Assembly (NCBI GenBank): GCA_937928165.1
Contig: CALFVT010000020.1
Location: forward strand, 1-64,000
Direction: 5' to 3'
Length of the DNA: 64,000 nucleotides
Origin: an uncultured Caulobacterales bacterium
GTDB lineage: Bacteria; Pseudomonadota; Alphaproteobacteria; Caulobacterales; Maricaulaceae
Shown: in pieces, positions 30,153 through 40,469 of the stretch
Position numbering within the stretch: position 1 is the first letter of the stretch
How the letters are laid out: each line of letters opens with the position of its first letter
Made by a program: the position numbers and the translations under genes
The notes under the pieces: generated by a model
Told to the model about the DNA's origin: nothing
Database searches by the model: none
Seen by the model: only the letters and a program-made list of their open reading frames with translations

Positions 30153-30169
30153 GGCGGGGTTAAGCTTAA
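30153..30169. repeat. Direct repeat copy 2 (ggcggggttaagcttaa)
   Basis: Identical to the copy at 29295-29311. Confidence 0.6.
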
Positions 30170-30251
30170 ATAGCCATCATTCCACCTGTCATACCGGGGC
30201 GCAGAGCGAATCTGGAAGATTATGCTTTGCCTATCAAGATTCCCGCTTTCG

Positions 30252-30351
30252 CCCCTCATCCTGAGGAGCGAGCACACTGAGCGTCTCGCAGGATGGATCC
30301 GCACTGTAAATTATCCTTCGAGACGGCCTGCGGCCTCCTCAGGATGAGGGG
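30252..30351. repeat. Nested long hairpin / MITE-like element
   Basis: 17-bp perfect inverted repeats CCCCTCATCCTGAGGAG (30252-30268) and CTCCTCAGGATGAGGGG (30335-30351), enclosing an inner inverted repeat CGTCTCG (30282-30288) / CGAGACG (30319-30325). Confidence 0.55.
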
Positions 30352-30681
30352 GATGTCCTCCCGAAAACACATGGTATTATGACCTTGCGGATAGCTCTTA
30401 GGCGCTATGGTGGCAGCCAGCAAAGTGTCTTGCTGCGTTAACTATGTAAAACAAAAAATATTCGGTAACCATCATGATCAACCACCGCATATGTCCACCC
30501 TTTTGCCCATTAGCATGAGGCTATCCGTGCTAGATATAAATCATCCCTTTGCAATCCTCTGGCGCTCCCTCTCGGCCTCGCGCCGTTTCACTTGATCTTG
30601 ATGGAAACTGCAAAATTCAGCATTGTGATATTTGGGTAAAGCGCTATTTAGGAAGCTAATTTAACGCAAGTGGATATTTTC

Positions 30682-32073
30682 ATGACTGACTTCCGTATTG
30701 AAACCGATAGTTTTGGCCCCCTTAAAGTTCCTTCGGAAAAATATTATGGTGCGCAGACTGCGCGTAGTTTGATTAATTTCCCCATTGGCATTGAAACCAT
30801 GCCGTCATCCCTTGTGCGGGCTTTGGGCATTATTAAAATGAGCGCCGCCCAAGCGAATATGGAGCTCGGCAATCTTGACAAGAAACGCGGGCGCGCCATT
30901 GTCAAGGCCGCCAAAATGGTGGCCGAAGGCAAAATGGATGATAATTTCCCTCTCTCCGTGTGGCAAACGGGGTCGGGGACGCAATCGAATATGAATTCCA
31001 ATGAAGTGATTTCTAATTTGGCGATTGAAATCCTCGGCGGCGAGATTGGTTCAAAAGACCCGGTTCACCCTAACGACCATGTGAACCGTAGCCAAAGCTC
31101 GAATGACACCTTTCCCACCGCCATGCATATTTCTGCGGCGGAAGAAATCGAGCATCATTTACTACCGGCGCTACGCCATCTCAGAAACGCACTGAATGAC
31201 AAAGCGCAGGAATTTAAATCTATTATTAAAATTGGCCGCACCCATACGCAAGACGCAACGCCCGTCACATTAGGGCAAGAATTTTCCGGCTATACGAAAC
31301 AAGTCGAATTGGGAATTAAACGCATCGAAGCGGGGCTGAAAGAGCTTTACCCGCTGGCCCAAGGGGGCACAGCCGTGGGCACGGGATTAAACGCCAAACC
31401 CGGTTTTGCTAAAGCCTTTGCCGCTCATGTGGCGAGCTATACGAAAATGCCGTTTAAGACCGCGCCGAATAAGTTTGAAGCCTTGGCCGCCCATGATGCG
31501 TTTGTTTCAGCCCATGGGGCGATTAATACGGCGGCGATGAGCCTATTTAAAATCGCCAATGATATTCGCTTTTTAGGCTCCGGCCCGCGCTCCGGCCTTG
31601 GGGAACTATCCTTACCTGCCAATGAGCCAGGCAGCTCAATCATGCCGGGCAAGGTCAATCCAACCCAATGCGAGGCGCTAACGATGGTCTGCACGCAGGT
31701 GATGGGGAATAACACCACCATCAGCATGGCCGGGAGCCAAGGTCATTTTGAGCTCAATGTCTATAAGCCGGTAATGGCCTATAACATGTTGCAATCTATT
31801 CAAATTTTAGGCGATAGCGCTAAGGCCTTTACGGATAAATGCGTCGCCGGCATTACCGCCAATACGGATAGAATTGACGAGCTTTTGAACCGCTCACTCA
31901 TGTTGGTAACGGCGCTTGCCCCAAGCATTGGCTATGATAATGCGACCAAAGTTGCCAAGACAGCCCATAAACGCGGCACGACCCTGCGAGAGGAGGCCGT
32001 TCGCCTCGGCTTTGTCACTGAGGCGGAATTTGATAAAGCCGTGCAGCCGAAACTCATGATAAAGCCGCGGTAG
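30682..32073 (+). CDS. fumC: Class II fumarate hydratase
   Basis: [11 protein letters not shown] signature. N-terminus [13 protein letters not shown]..., probable start at 30682. Confidence 0.95.
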   Translation: MTDFRIETDSFGPLKVPSEKYYGAQTARSLINFPIGIETMPSSLVRALGIIKMSAAQANMELGNLDKKRGRAIVKAAKMVAEGKMDDNFPLSVWQTGSGTQSNMNSNEVISNLAIEILGGEIGSKDPVHPNDHVNRSQSSNDTFPTAMHISAAEEIEHHLLPALRHLRNALNDKAQEFKSIIKIGRTHTQDATPVTLGQEFSGYTKQVELGIKRIEAGLKELYPLAQGGTAVGTGLNAKPGFAKAFAAHVASYTKMPFKTAPNKFEALAAHDAFVSAHGAINTAAMSLFKIANDIRFLGSGPRSGLGELSLPANEPGSSIMPGKVNPTQCEALTMVCTQVMGNNTTISMAGSQGHFELNVYKPVMAYNMLQSIQILGDSAKAFTDKCVAGITANTDRIDELLNRSLMLVTALAPSIGYDNATKVAKTAHKRGTTLREEAVRLGFVTEAEFDKAVQPKLMIKPR

Positions 32074-32075
32074 AT

Positions 32076-32270
32076 ATGGCGGATAATGTCATAAAATTTG
32101 GCAAAGCCCGCAAATTGCTCGCACGGAAAACGCGCGAGGCGGAAGCGGCAGAAAACCGAGTTAAATATGGCCTGACAAAGGCTGAGAAGATAAAAGCTAA
32201 AGCGCTGCAAGAAACTGCGTCAAAACGGATAGACGGCCATAAATTAGGTGATAATGAGCCAAAGCTGTGA
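32076..32270 (+). CDS. DUF4169-family small protein
   Basis: ARKLLARKTREAEAAENRVKYGLTKAEK...IDGHKL matches the alphaproteobacterial DUF4169 pattern. Confidence 0.6.
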   Translation: MADNVIKFGKARKLLARKTREAEAAENRVKYGLTKAEKIKAKALQETASKRIDGHKLGDNEPKL

Positions 32271-32548
32271 GCCTGATAAAGCGCTCCTTATCGCTTTATG
32301 GCCACTCGACCTCTCTGGCAATGGAAGTCGAATATTGGCGTGTCATTGATTTTACGGCGCAGCGCGGCGGCCTATCGGTTGCGGCCCTAATTAAGCGTCT
32401 TGATGATGACCGTATCGATCAAAGATATGGGCGCGGCCTTGCAGCGTTTATTCGCGTTTGGGCAGTGAACCAAATCATTTATGACGATGAGGTCCGAGAA
32501 GCGTTGAAAATAAATTCTGGGGCTGTAAAGCCTATGCAACAAAGATAG
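32267..32548 (+). CDS. Ribbon-helix-helix (RHH_4-like) domain protein
   Basis: SLSLYGHSTSLAMEVEYWRVIDFTAQRGGLSVAALIKRLDD. Overlaps the DUF4169 gene by 4 nt. Confidence 0.55.
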   Translation: MSLIKRSLSLYGHSTSLAMEVEYWRVIDFTAQRGGLSVAALIKRLDDDRIDQRYGRGLAAFIRVWAVNQIIYDDEVREALKINSGAVKPMQQR

Positions 32549-32590
32549 AACAACCATAGCCAAACTCATTTTTATGGCTAATATGTAATC

Positions 32591-34939
32591 ATGTCCAAGC
32601 CTGATTCTTTCATTCCTGCTCCCCCGCCTATGCGCAGGGCTGGCTCTATTTCCGCGCAGGCCGCGCCGCGCCCGGTTTTAACCACTCATGCAGCTTATTT
32701 GGACGGGCTGAATGACGAGCAGGAAAAAGCCGTTTTAACAACAGAAGGCCCCGTCTTAGTTTTAGCGGGGGCAGGCACAGGAAAAACACGGGTGTTAACC
32801 TGCCGCTTAGCCCATATCTTATCTAATGGCATGGCTTATCCGTCGCAAATTCTCTCGGTGACATTCACCAATAAAGCCGCGCGGGAGATGCGCCACCGGG
32901 TCGGCGGACTTATCGGCGATGCGGTCGAAGGTCTGCCGTGGCTTGGAACTTTTCACTCTATTGCCGCCAAAATCCTCCGGATTCACGCTGAAATGCTTGG
33001 GCTTAAATCAAGCTTTACGATTTTAGACACAGATGACCAAATCCGCCTCTTAAAACAAATTATCAAAGCCGAAAATATTGATGAAAAACGCTGGACGGCT
33101 CGCTATCTGGCCGCGCTTATTGATAGCTGGAAAAACAAGGGGCTGACACCTGAAACGCTTCCCGCCAAAGAGGGCTATAAATTTGCCGAAGGGAAAGGCA
33201 AAGCTTTATACCGCATTTATCAAAGCCGCCTAAAAATTTTAAACGCCTGTGATTTTGGTGATTTGCTTCTACATAATTTGACATTATTTCAAAATAGTCC
33301 TGAGATTTTGAAAAAATATCACGCTAAGTTTCGCTATCTTTTGGTCGACGAGTATCAAGATACAAATGTTGCCCAATATTTATGGCTGCGTCTGCTGGCC
33401 CAAGGCTCGGGCAATATCTGCGTTGTGGGTGATGATGACCAATCTATTTATGGTTGGCGCGGGGCTGAAGTTGACAATATCTTACGGTTTGAAAAAGACT
33501 TCCCGGGCGCCGTAGTCGTCAAGCTTGAGCAAAATTACCGCTCAACGCCGCATATTCTCGGCGCAGCATCAGGTTTGATAACGGCGAACAAGGCCCGCCT
33601 TGGGAAAACACTTTGGACAGATCAAGACGAAGGCGAAAAGGTCAAAGTTATGGGCGTGTGGGACGCCCCCGCAGAAGCGCGTATTATTTGCGGAGAAATT
33701 GAAAATTGGCACAGTAAAGGGCGGGATTATAATGATTGCGCAATATTAGTCCGGGCCTCTCGGCAAATGCGCAGTTTCGAAGAGCGGTTGATACAGCTCG
33801 GCTTACCTTACCGCGTTATTGGCGGCCCGCGCTTTTTCGAACGGCAAGAAATTCGTGACGCTCATGCCTATTTGCGGCTGATTATCTCCGATACGGATGA
33901 CCTCGCTTTTGAGCGCGTGGTTAACACGCCCAAACGCGGGATTGGTCAAACCTCTATACAAAAGCTACAGCAAGCCGCCCGTGCCTCTGGATTAAGCCTT
34001 GAACGGATAACGCGCGAAATTATCAAAACAGACGAAATTCGCGGCAAAGCTAGAACATCACTGCGAAGTTTCTGCCTTGATTTAGAGCGGTGGCGTAAAG
34101 CCCGTGAAAATCTGGCCCATACGGAATTAATGGAACGGGTTTTGGATGAGTCCGGTTACACGCAAATGTGGCGCGATAATAAGGACGCCAAATCTGCGGG
34201 GCGTCTTGAGAACCTAAAGGAACTCATTCAAGCCATGGCTGAATTTGATAGTCTTGAAGGCTATCTTGAACATGTCAGCCTCGTATTAGATGTTGAATCT
34301 GGCCCTCAAGAGGACGAGATTAGTTTAATGACGCTTCATTCGGCCAAGGGGCTTGAGTTTCCGCTCGTGTTTTTACCGGGCTGGGAAGAAGGAACATTTC
34401 CAAGCCAAAAAAGCCTTGATGAAAACGGCCTTGCTGGGCTCGAAGAAGAACGACGCTTGGCTTATGTCGGGATCACACGCGCCCGCGAAGAAGCGCAAAT
34501 TTATTTTGTCGCTAATCGCCAAATCTATGGCTCATGGCAATCGGCTCTTCCGTCTCGTTTTGTTGATGAATTACCGGGGCAACATGTAGATGCGCAATCT
34601 GAAACCGGTTATTATCAAAGCCAGAAATTAACGCAAAATGCAGCAAATAGTTTTGCTAATTCCTTTTCCGAAGCTCGGCGTGATCGTAGCTCCCCCGGAT
34701 GGAAGCGTTATGAAGATAACCGCGCATCAAGTTTTGGTCGGCCCGTTCGCGAAATTGAAGGGCACGTCATTCGTAAAACGGCCGTTAAGAGATCTTCTGA
34801 CTTTAAAATTGGCGATAAAATATTTCACCAAAAATTTGGTTATGGTGAAATTATGAGCGTTGAGGGCGATAAGTTAAATGTTGAATTTAATAAAGCAGGC
34901 AGTAAAAAAGTGCTTGATGGATTTGTGGAAAAAGCATGA
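32591..34939 (+). CDS. uvrD: UvrD/Rep-family ATP-dependent DNA helicase (DNA helicase II-like)
   Basis: Walker A GAGTGKT, DEYQDTN, and helicase motifs V/VI (SIYGWRGA, LHSAKGLEFP). Has a C-terminal extension. Confidence 0.85.
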   Translation: MSKPDSFIPAPPPMRRAGSISAQAAPRPVLTTHAAYLDGLNDEQEKAVLTTEGPVLVLAGAGTGKTRVLTCRLAHILSNGMAYPSQILSVTFTNKAAREMRHRVGGLIGDAVEGLPWLGTFHSIAAKILRIHAEMLGLKSSFTILDTDDQIRLLKQIIKAENIDEKRWTARYLAALIDSWKNKGLTPETLPAKEGYKFAEGKGKALYRIYQSRLKILNACDFGDLLLHNLTLFQNSPEILKKYHAKFRYLLVDEYQDTNVAQYLWLRLLAQGSGNICVVGDDDQSIYGWRGAEVDNILRFEKDFPGAVVVKLEQNYRSTPHILGAASGLITANKARLGKTLWTDQDEGEKVKVMGVWDAPAEARIICGEIENWHSKGRDYNDCAILVRASRQMRSFEERLIQLGLPYRVIGGPRFFERQEIRDAHAYLRLIISDTDDLAFERVVNTPKRGIGQTSIQKLQQAARASGLSLERITREIIKTDEIRGKARTSLRSFCLDLERWRKARENLAHTELMERVLDESGYTQMWRDNKDAKSAGRLENLKELIQAMAEFDSLEGYLEHVSLVLDVESGPQEDEISLMTLHSAKGLEFPLVFLPGWEEGTFPSQKSLDENGLAGLEEERRLAYVGITRAREEAQIYFVANRQIYGSWQSALPSRFVDELPGQHVDAQSETGYYQSQKLTQNAANSFANSFSEARRDRSSPGWKRYEDNRASSFGRPVREIEGHVIRKTAVKRSSDFKIGDKIFHQKFGYGEIMSVEGDKLNVEFNKAGSKKVLDGFVEKA

Positions 34940-36324
34940 TTCGCCTACTCAGATATATACGGATTTATGCTATATTATCTTGCGGCCTGTTTCTGTCGGG
35001 CTGCATAACTTCAGGTAAAATTCCAGCGAAGGTTTTAGCTATTAATTCTCTGGCTTCAACACAAGAGAATAATGGGAGTTTCAAAGGGTTAGAGTTTCTT
35101 GCTGATCCAATTCCCGGCAAGCTTAAAAACCGCGTCAACATTATGTATATGCACGGAATTGGCTGGACTGAAGACCGTACAAAAGAACAACTCGGCAATG
35201 AATTTATGGTCGGCCTAGCTAAGGCCTATGGTCTTGACGTCGAAGATAATTACATCACCAGTCTTTGCGGAGAGTCTGATTATAACGCCCGCGAAGCTAA
35301 CTCTAATTTCATCTATATTCAAAACACAGACCCACAATATTTTGAAACCATTATCCCCGGACAGCAACTCCGGCTAGAGCAGCTTGTCTGTATGGACCGA
35401 ACGATTTTACCGGTTGATAATAATCTTGAATTTGCTGTTTACCGGGTATTCTGGGATGATATTTTTTGGAACGAGCTTCAATTTGCCCATGTCGGTCAAG
35501 ATGATTATCTTGGCTCATCTGAAAAACTGGCAGGGTTAAGACGTAAGTTCAACCGCATTCTTAAAGACGATCTGGTTAATTACGGGTTTAGTGACGCGGT
35601 TATGTATCTTGGCCCTGCGGGGGATGAAATTCGCAGAGCAGTTGGCGGCGCGATGTGTAGTGCAGCCTTAGACGCCGCTGGATATAGTTTTGAAAAACAG
35701 GGCGCAAGCGTCAATAAAGAAGATATCTGTAATCTTGCCGATAAAACCTCTATTCAATTAAATCAATTTGCTTTTGTCACCGAAAGTCTTGGGAGCAAAA
35801 TCGTGTTTGACCTTATGCGTGAAGCTCAAAGAGATAATAAAGACAGTATCATTGACGAACTTATCTCTGGCAGTGAGGTCTACATGCTCGCCAATCAACT
35901 CGCGCTTTTATCATTAAGTGACTTATCCCTGACGCCTCAGGCGGCTTTATCACCTTCGGCCTCTACAGAGGATCGCCCGCGTCTTGTTGCCATGTCAGAG
36001 ATTAATGACTTTCTAAGCTATGAACTTGTGCCGTTTATTGAGCAAATACAAAAACGAACATTTAAAAATGGCCGCGCCTCATCAGGACTAAGAACAGCGC
36101 GTGATCGTCAAGAGGCGATTGAAAAACTTGGGTTTGATATGGTCGATGTTAGGCTTGAATTTGCAGATAAACTTATTTCTATTGTTAGCGGATTTGTTGA
36201 CCCTAAAGATGCCCATAGCGGTCATGCTGGTGAAGCGGCCATTATGAAGCTTATTTTATGCGGTGCAAAAAATGGCCAAGTTAATACAGATGGCTGCCTT
36301 GCCGCGGCATATGAAGATAATTAA
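34936..36324 (+). CDS. Hypothetical lipoprotein (low-GC gene translationally coupled between uvrD and prmA)
   Basis: Lipobox LSGC. Start overlaps the uvrD stop (ATGA) and its stop overlaps the prmA ATG (TAATGA). GC is visibly lower than in the neighbours. Confidence 0.55.
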   Translation: MIRLLRYIRIYAILSCGLFLSGCITSGKIPAKVLAINSLASTQENNGSFKGLEFLADPIPGKLKNRVNIMYMHGIGWTEDRTKEQLGNEFMVGLAKAYGLDVEDNYITSLCGESDYNAREANSNFIYIQNTDPQYFETIIPGQQLRLEQLVCMDRTILPVDNNLEFAVYRVFWDDIFWNELQFAHVGQDDYLGSSEKLAGLRRKFNRILKDDLVNYGFSDAVMYLGPAGDEIRRAVGGAMCSAALDAAGYSFEKQGASVNKEDICNLADKTSIQLNQFAFVTESLGSKIVFDLMREAQRDNKDSIIDELISGSEVYMLANQLALLSLSDLSLTPQAALSPSASTEDRPRLVAMSEINDFLSYELVPFIEQIQKRTFKNGRASSGLRTARDRQEAIEKLGFDMVDVRLEFADKLISIVSGFVDPKDAHSGHAGEAAIMKLILCGAKNGQVNTDGCLAAAYEDN

Positions 36325-37190
36325 TGACGAACCCGCTCACCGCTTTAACATTAACGGGGCCGCATGACGCTATTTTCCAGCTATGCGATGATCTGGGATT
36401 TGACAGTCCTTTTACAGCATTATCGGTCTCCGTTTTTGAACTTTCCTCACAAAATGCCTCTGTTCAGGCGCTATATGAGAGCACTAATGACGCGGCGGCG
36501 GCGCTCAAACAATTAGATATACCGCCCAGTGTTACCCATATGATTGAAGCTTTGCCTAATGAAAATTGGGTAAAGAAGAGCCAAGAAGGCCTCGCCCCCG
36601 TAACAGCAGGGCGTTTCCTTATTTACGGGCGCCATGATTCCCAGCACATTGACCTATCTGGCAAAATAGGACTTCAGCTCGATGCAGGCCTTGCCTTCGG
36701 CAGTGGTCATCACGGCACCACTGCGGGCTGCCTTGTTTTATTTGATAGGCTTATATCTGACGGGTTTACCCCAACACAAATTCTTGATCTAGGCTGCGGC
36801 GCCGGTATCCTCGCCATTGCAGCGGCAAAACTCACGGGGCTAAACATCCTCGCCACAGACATTGATCGCGACGCCGTAGATGTGACCCGCGAAAATGCGG
36901 GACTTAATGATGTTTCCGAGCTTATAGACGCTCATCACGCGGGCGGATTTGAGGCGCCCTGTTTTGCGGCGGCGCCATTTGATCTCATCTTTGCTAATAT
37001 ATTAGCTGGCCCCCTCATGCAGCTCGCCCCTGATATTATTCGGCATATGGCGCATGGCGGCTATGTTATTTTATCGGGCATTTTGCGTGAGCAAAAAAAT
37101 ACCGTGGCAGATCATTTTATCCGCCACGGCCTAAGTCTTATTGATAGCTACCCGCAAGATGAATGGGTGAGCCTTTTGGCGCGCCGTTAA
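36324..37190 (+). CDS. prmA: Ribosomal protein L11 methyltransferase
   Basis: LDLGCGAGILAIAAAKL SAM-binding motif. About 288 aa. Confidence 0.85.
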   Translation: MTNPLTALTLTGPHDAIFQLCDDLGFDSPFTALSVSVFELSSQNASVQALYESTNDAAAALKQLDIPPSVTHMIEALPNENWVKKSQEGLAPVTAGRFLIYGRHDSQHIDLSGKIGLQLDAGLAFGSGHHGTTAGCLVLFDRLISDGFTPTQILDLGCGAGILAIAAAKLTGLNILATDIDRDAVDVTRENAGLNDVSELIDAHHAGGFEAPCFAAAPFDLIFANILAGPLMQLAPDIIRHMAHGGYVILSGILREQKNTVADHFIRHGLSLIDSYPQDEWVSLLARR

Positions 37191-37784
37191 ACCGCAGCCA
37201 TATTGTGCGCGCATAGATTATAATGCGCGTGTGTTACGGCGGTTAGCGCGGCGTGTTCTACGAGATAAAAGACTGGTTGTTTTACGGCCAAATGTTTTAT
37301 CGGCAGATGTAATATCGAATGATACAGGCTGTCCTGTAAGATTTGCATATTGCTTAGACATTTTCTTTCCTTTCAAAATGTGAGGCCGATATAGTGAAAT
37401 CAAAAAATAACAGAACGCATAGATAGACAAGTTTTCTATGCAATAATGCATGGAACGATTTTCGTGTTAATTTTGGCAAAATTGTTCCCGAAGAAATAAA
37501 GATAGCCGAGTTTAACGTAAATTGTCTGTTAATTTGCTTTTTTAATTCCGAATAGAAGCCTTGCAAAATCTGATGGCTTAATTGGCAAAACAGTTCTAAC
37601 TACCATAAAACCCACCCTAAACCTTTTCAGGCGTATAATTTTGCTGTTTTTTGACGCATATCGCTTGTTTCTTCCTTTGATAGATTGCAGCGCAAGACCT
37701 GCCCCTTTAGAGTGGGTGCGTTAAGTCTTTAAATTCAGGACTTCACGATATAATTTTAACAGGCGCAAATGCGGAGACTGTCTT

Positions 37785-39602
37785 ATGGGTCAAATTCAAA
37801 ACTTCAATGTTCAAGGCGGCCCTGATTACGGCGTTAAAAACCTGCCAAAGCTACGCCGCAAGATGAAAGCCCTTGGGCTTGACGGATTTTTAGTGCCCCA
37901 TGAAGATGAATATCAAAATGAATATCTTCCTGAATCAAATGACCGCTTGATGTGGGTTTCCGGCTTTACGGGCTCTGCAGGGGCTGCCGTTATCATGAGT
38001 GAACGCGCTGCTATGTTCACCGATGGCCGCTACACCCTTCAAGTGCGAGACCAAGTCTGCGGCGATCTTTTCGGCTATATAAGTCTTGAAGACACCAGCG
38101 TTGCGGCTTGGCTTGGACAAACCGCACAGCCCGGCCAAGTTTTCGGCTATGACCCCCGCCTTCACGCCCCTGAAGCCTTAGCTAAAATCGCAGGCGCCGT
38201 TAAAGCCGCAGGCGCCGTCCTGAAAGCCCTTGATATCAACCCCATTGACCAATCATGGGATGACCGCCCCCCTGCCCCTCGTGCGGCTCTATCCATACAG
38301 CCCCTCAACCTTGCAGGGGAATCCCACACAGATAAACGCCGAAGAATTGGCGCAGATATTAAAACGGCCGGCGCGGATGCAGCGCTAATTACCTCCCCTG
38401 CCTCTGTGGCATGGCTGTTAAATATTCGCGGCGGTGATGTAAAATGCACGCCTTTACCGTTATCAAACTTGCTCATCGACCATGATGGCCACGTCGATTT
38501 ATTTATTCATCCCGATAAAATCACCGATGAAATCCGCGCCCATTTTGGCAATCAAATTAGCCTACACACAGAAGACGATCTCGCCGCGCACCTCTCTGGC
38601 CTTAACGGTAAAACGGTCATTGTTGACCCCGCCGCGACCTCCGCGTGGTATAGTGACAAACTCACCGCATCCGGCGCTAAAGTTCTAGCCCAAATGGACC
38701 CAATCGCTTTGCCTAAGGCTTGTAAAAACAATGCCGAGATTGCCGGCACCCAAGCGGCCCATATTCATGACGGCGCAGCGGTCACGCGGTTTTTACATTG
38801 GCTCGACACAGAAGCCCAAAGCGGCGACATTGACGAAATTCAAGCGGCGCAAAAACTCGAAGCCTTTCGCCAAAGTAATGGCGGCCTCAAAGACCTCAGT
38901 TTTGAAACCATTTCCGGTGCAGGGCCGAACGGCGCAATCGTGCATTTTCGCGTCACGACGGCGACAGTGCAAAAGCTCAAACGCGGCTCGCTTTTCTTGG
39001 TCGATAGCGGCGGGCAATATCAAGACGGCACCACCGATATCACCCGCACCGTCCCCATTGGCACGCCAACCGCAGAAATGCGGGAACGTTTCACCCTTGT
39101 GCTGAAAGGCCATATTGCCCTGGCCCAAATCCGGTTCCCAGAAGGCATTCCCGGGAGTAATCTTGACGTGCTTGCCCGCATGGCCTTGTGGCAAAAGGGG
39201 CTGGATTATGACCACGGCACAGGCCACGGAGTTGGGGTTTTCCTCGGCGTTCACGAAGGCCCGCAGCGCATTGCAAAACCGCCTAATAATATCGCCCTGC
39301 GCCCCGGTATGATAGTGTCCAATGAGCCCGGCTATTATAAAACCGGCGGTTACGGCATTCGCATTGAGAACCTTCAATTTGTCACCCCGCCCGCACCCAT
39401 TCAAGGCGGAGAGCGGCCCATGCTCGGGTTTAAAAACCTAACCTTTGCCCCGCTACACAAAGGCCTGATCGAAACCTCGCTTTTAACCTCGGCTGAAATG
39501 GATTGGGTTAATGATTACCACGCCCAAGTCCTCAGCCATATCGGCCCGCAAGTCACAGGCGAAGTCTCGGCTTGGCTAAACGCTGCCTGTGCGCCGCTTT
39601 AA
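37785..39602 (+). CDS. M24B-family Xaa-Pro aminopeptidase (aminopeptidase P-like)
   Basis: N-terminal creatinase-like domains plus a C-terminal M24 catalytic domain (HGTGHGVG, NEPGYY). Confidence 0.85.
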   Translation: MGQIQNFNVQGGPDYGVKNLPKLRRKMKALGLDGFLVPHEDEYQNEYLPESNDRLMWVSGFTGSAGAAVIMSERAAMFTDGRYTLQVRDQVCGDLFGYISLEDTSVAAWLGQTAQPGQVFGYDPRLHAPEALAKIAGAVKAAGAVLKALDINPIDQSWDDRPPAPRAALSIQPLNLAGESHTDKRRRIGADIKTAGADAALITSPASVAWLLNIRGGDVKCTPLPLSNLLIDHDGHVDLFIHPDKITDEIRAHFGNQISLHTEDDLAAHLSGLNGKTVIVDPAATSAWYSDKLTASGAKVLAQMDPIALPKACKNNAEIAGTQAAHIHDGAAVTRFLHWLDTEAQSGDIDEIQAAQKLEAFRQSNGGLKDLSFETISGAGPNGAIVHFRVTTATVQKLKRGSLFLVDSGGQYQDGTTDITRTVPIGTPTAEMRERFTLVLKGHIALAQIRFPEGIPGSNLDVLARMALWQKGLDYDHGTGHGVGVFLGVHEGPQRIAKPPNNIALRPGMIVSNEPGYYKTGGYGIRIENLQFVTPPAPIQGGERPMLGFKNLTFAPLHKGLIETSLLTSAEMDWVNDYHAQVLSHIGPQVTGEVSAWLNAACAPL

Positions 39603-40469
39603 ATTGGAGGAGCACAAAATGACCGCCTCCAAACCGTGATAAAAGTCATGTGAATTTTACTCGCTATATTAACGGCCAAATTTACGTGACCCGCGCCGCC
39701 GCCTTATGTGTTTTGACAAGAAAACCCTAAGGCTTATGAGCCTAATCACTATAATTCCCAGCTTCGCGGGACGACACGGACGGCGTGCGGATATGCTCGC
39801 CTCATTTACGAGAGGCGAGCGCTTAACAGATGAGAGGATGCAGCCTATTTTCACAGCCTCAAAGCGGTAGAATTACAAAGCCTGCCTTGCTCGCCTGCGG
39901 ATGGGGATTAATCAAGCTAGGCCCTCATTTCCTGCTCACCCCGGTAAAACTCGGGGTCTCTTTCATTTATGCCTACACACCACCTACACCTGTCATTCTG
40001 GACGGAACAACGTTCCGATCCGGAAGGTTTCGGGCAGCATTCCAAGATTCCCGCCTACGCCGGATTGTACGGCTTTGATTATGAAATCATCATCCTAAAA
40101 ACCTATACAAAAAGCCCGAGATATATCCACGCCCCCGCTGCGCCGTTTATATTACCCTTATCACCTTTGTGGACAGGCAAGCGGACGTTGGCTGGCTGGA
40201 AGGTGTGGGCACATGTGGTAGACGGCAGAGGGTAACGCCCCTGCGCTGTATCGCCGTACTTTGGTCAGATGGGCTAGCTCCATGCCTGTCCCGGACTGCG
40301 CAAAATTGTGCCGCTGCGAAGTTTTGGCTTTGTAAAACAATAAAACTTTTCGGTATCCGTCAAAGCCAAAGCTTCGCGGCCGTCCAAATTATGTCCACAT
40401 GCCGATTAATCGTTGGCGTGACCATATTCGCATGAGCGGGTAGAGCGTAGCCGAAAGGGATAGGGAAAA

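Noticed and set aside
38793-39404. 203-aa minus-strand ORF antisense to the aminopeptidase P gene.
   Set aside because: Embedded antisense ORF with no RBS or homology; the sense strand encodes a conserved M24 domain.
39961-40060. Possible SRP (4.5S) RNA because of a CCGGAAGG motif.
   Set aside because: The flanking sequence does not reproduce the conserved domain IV symmetric loop (CAGGUCAGG / GGAAGCAGC).
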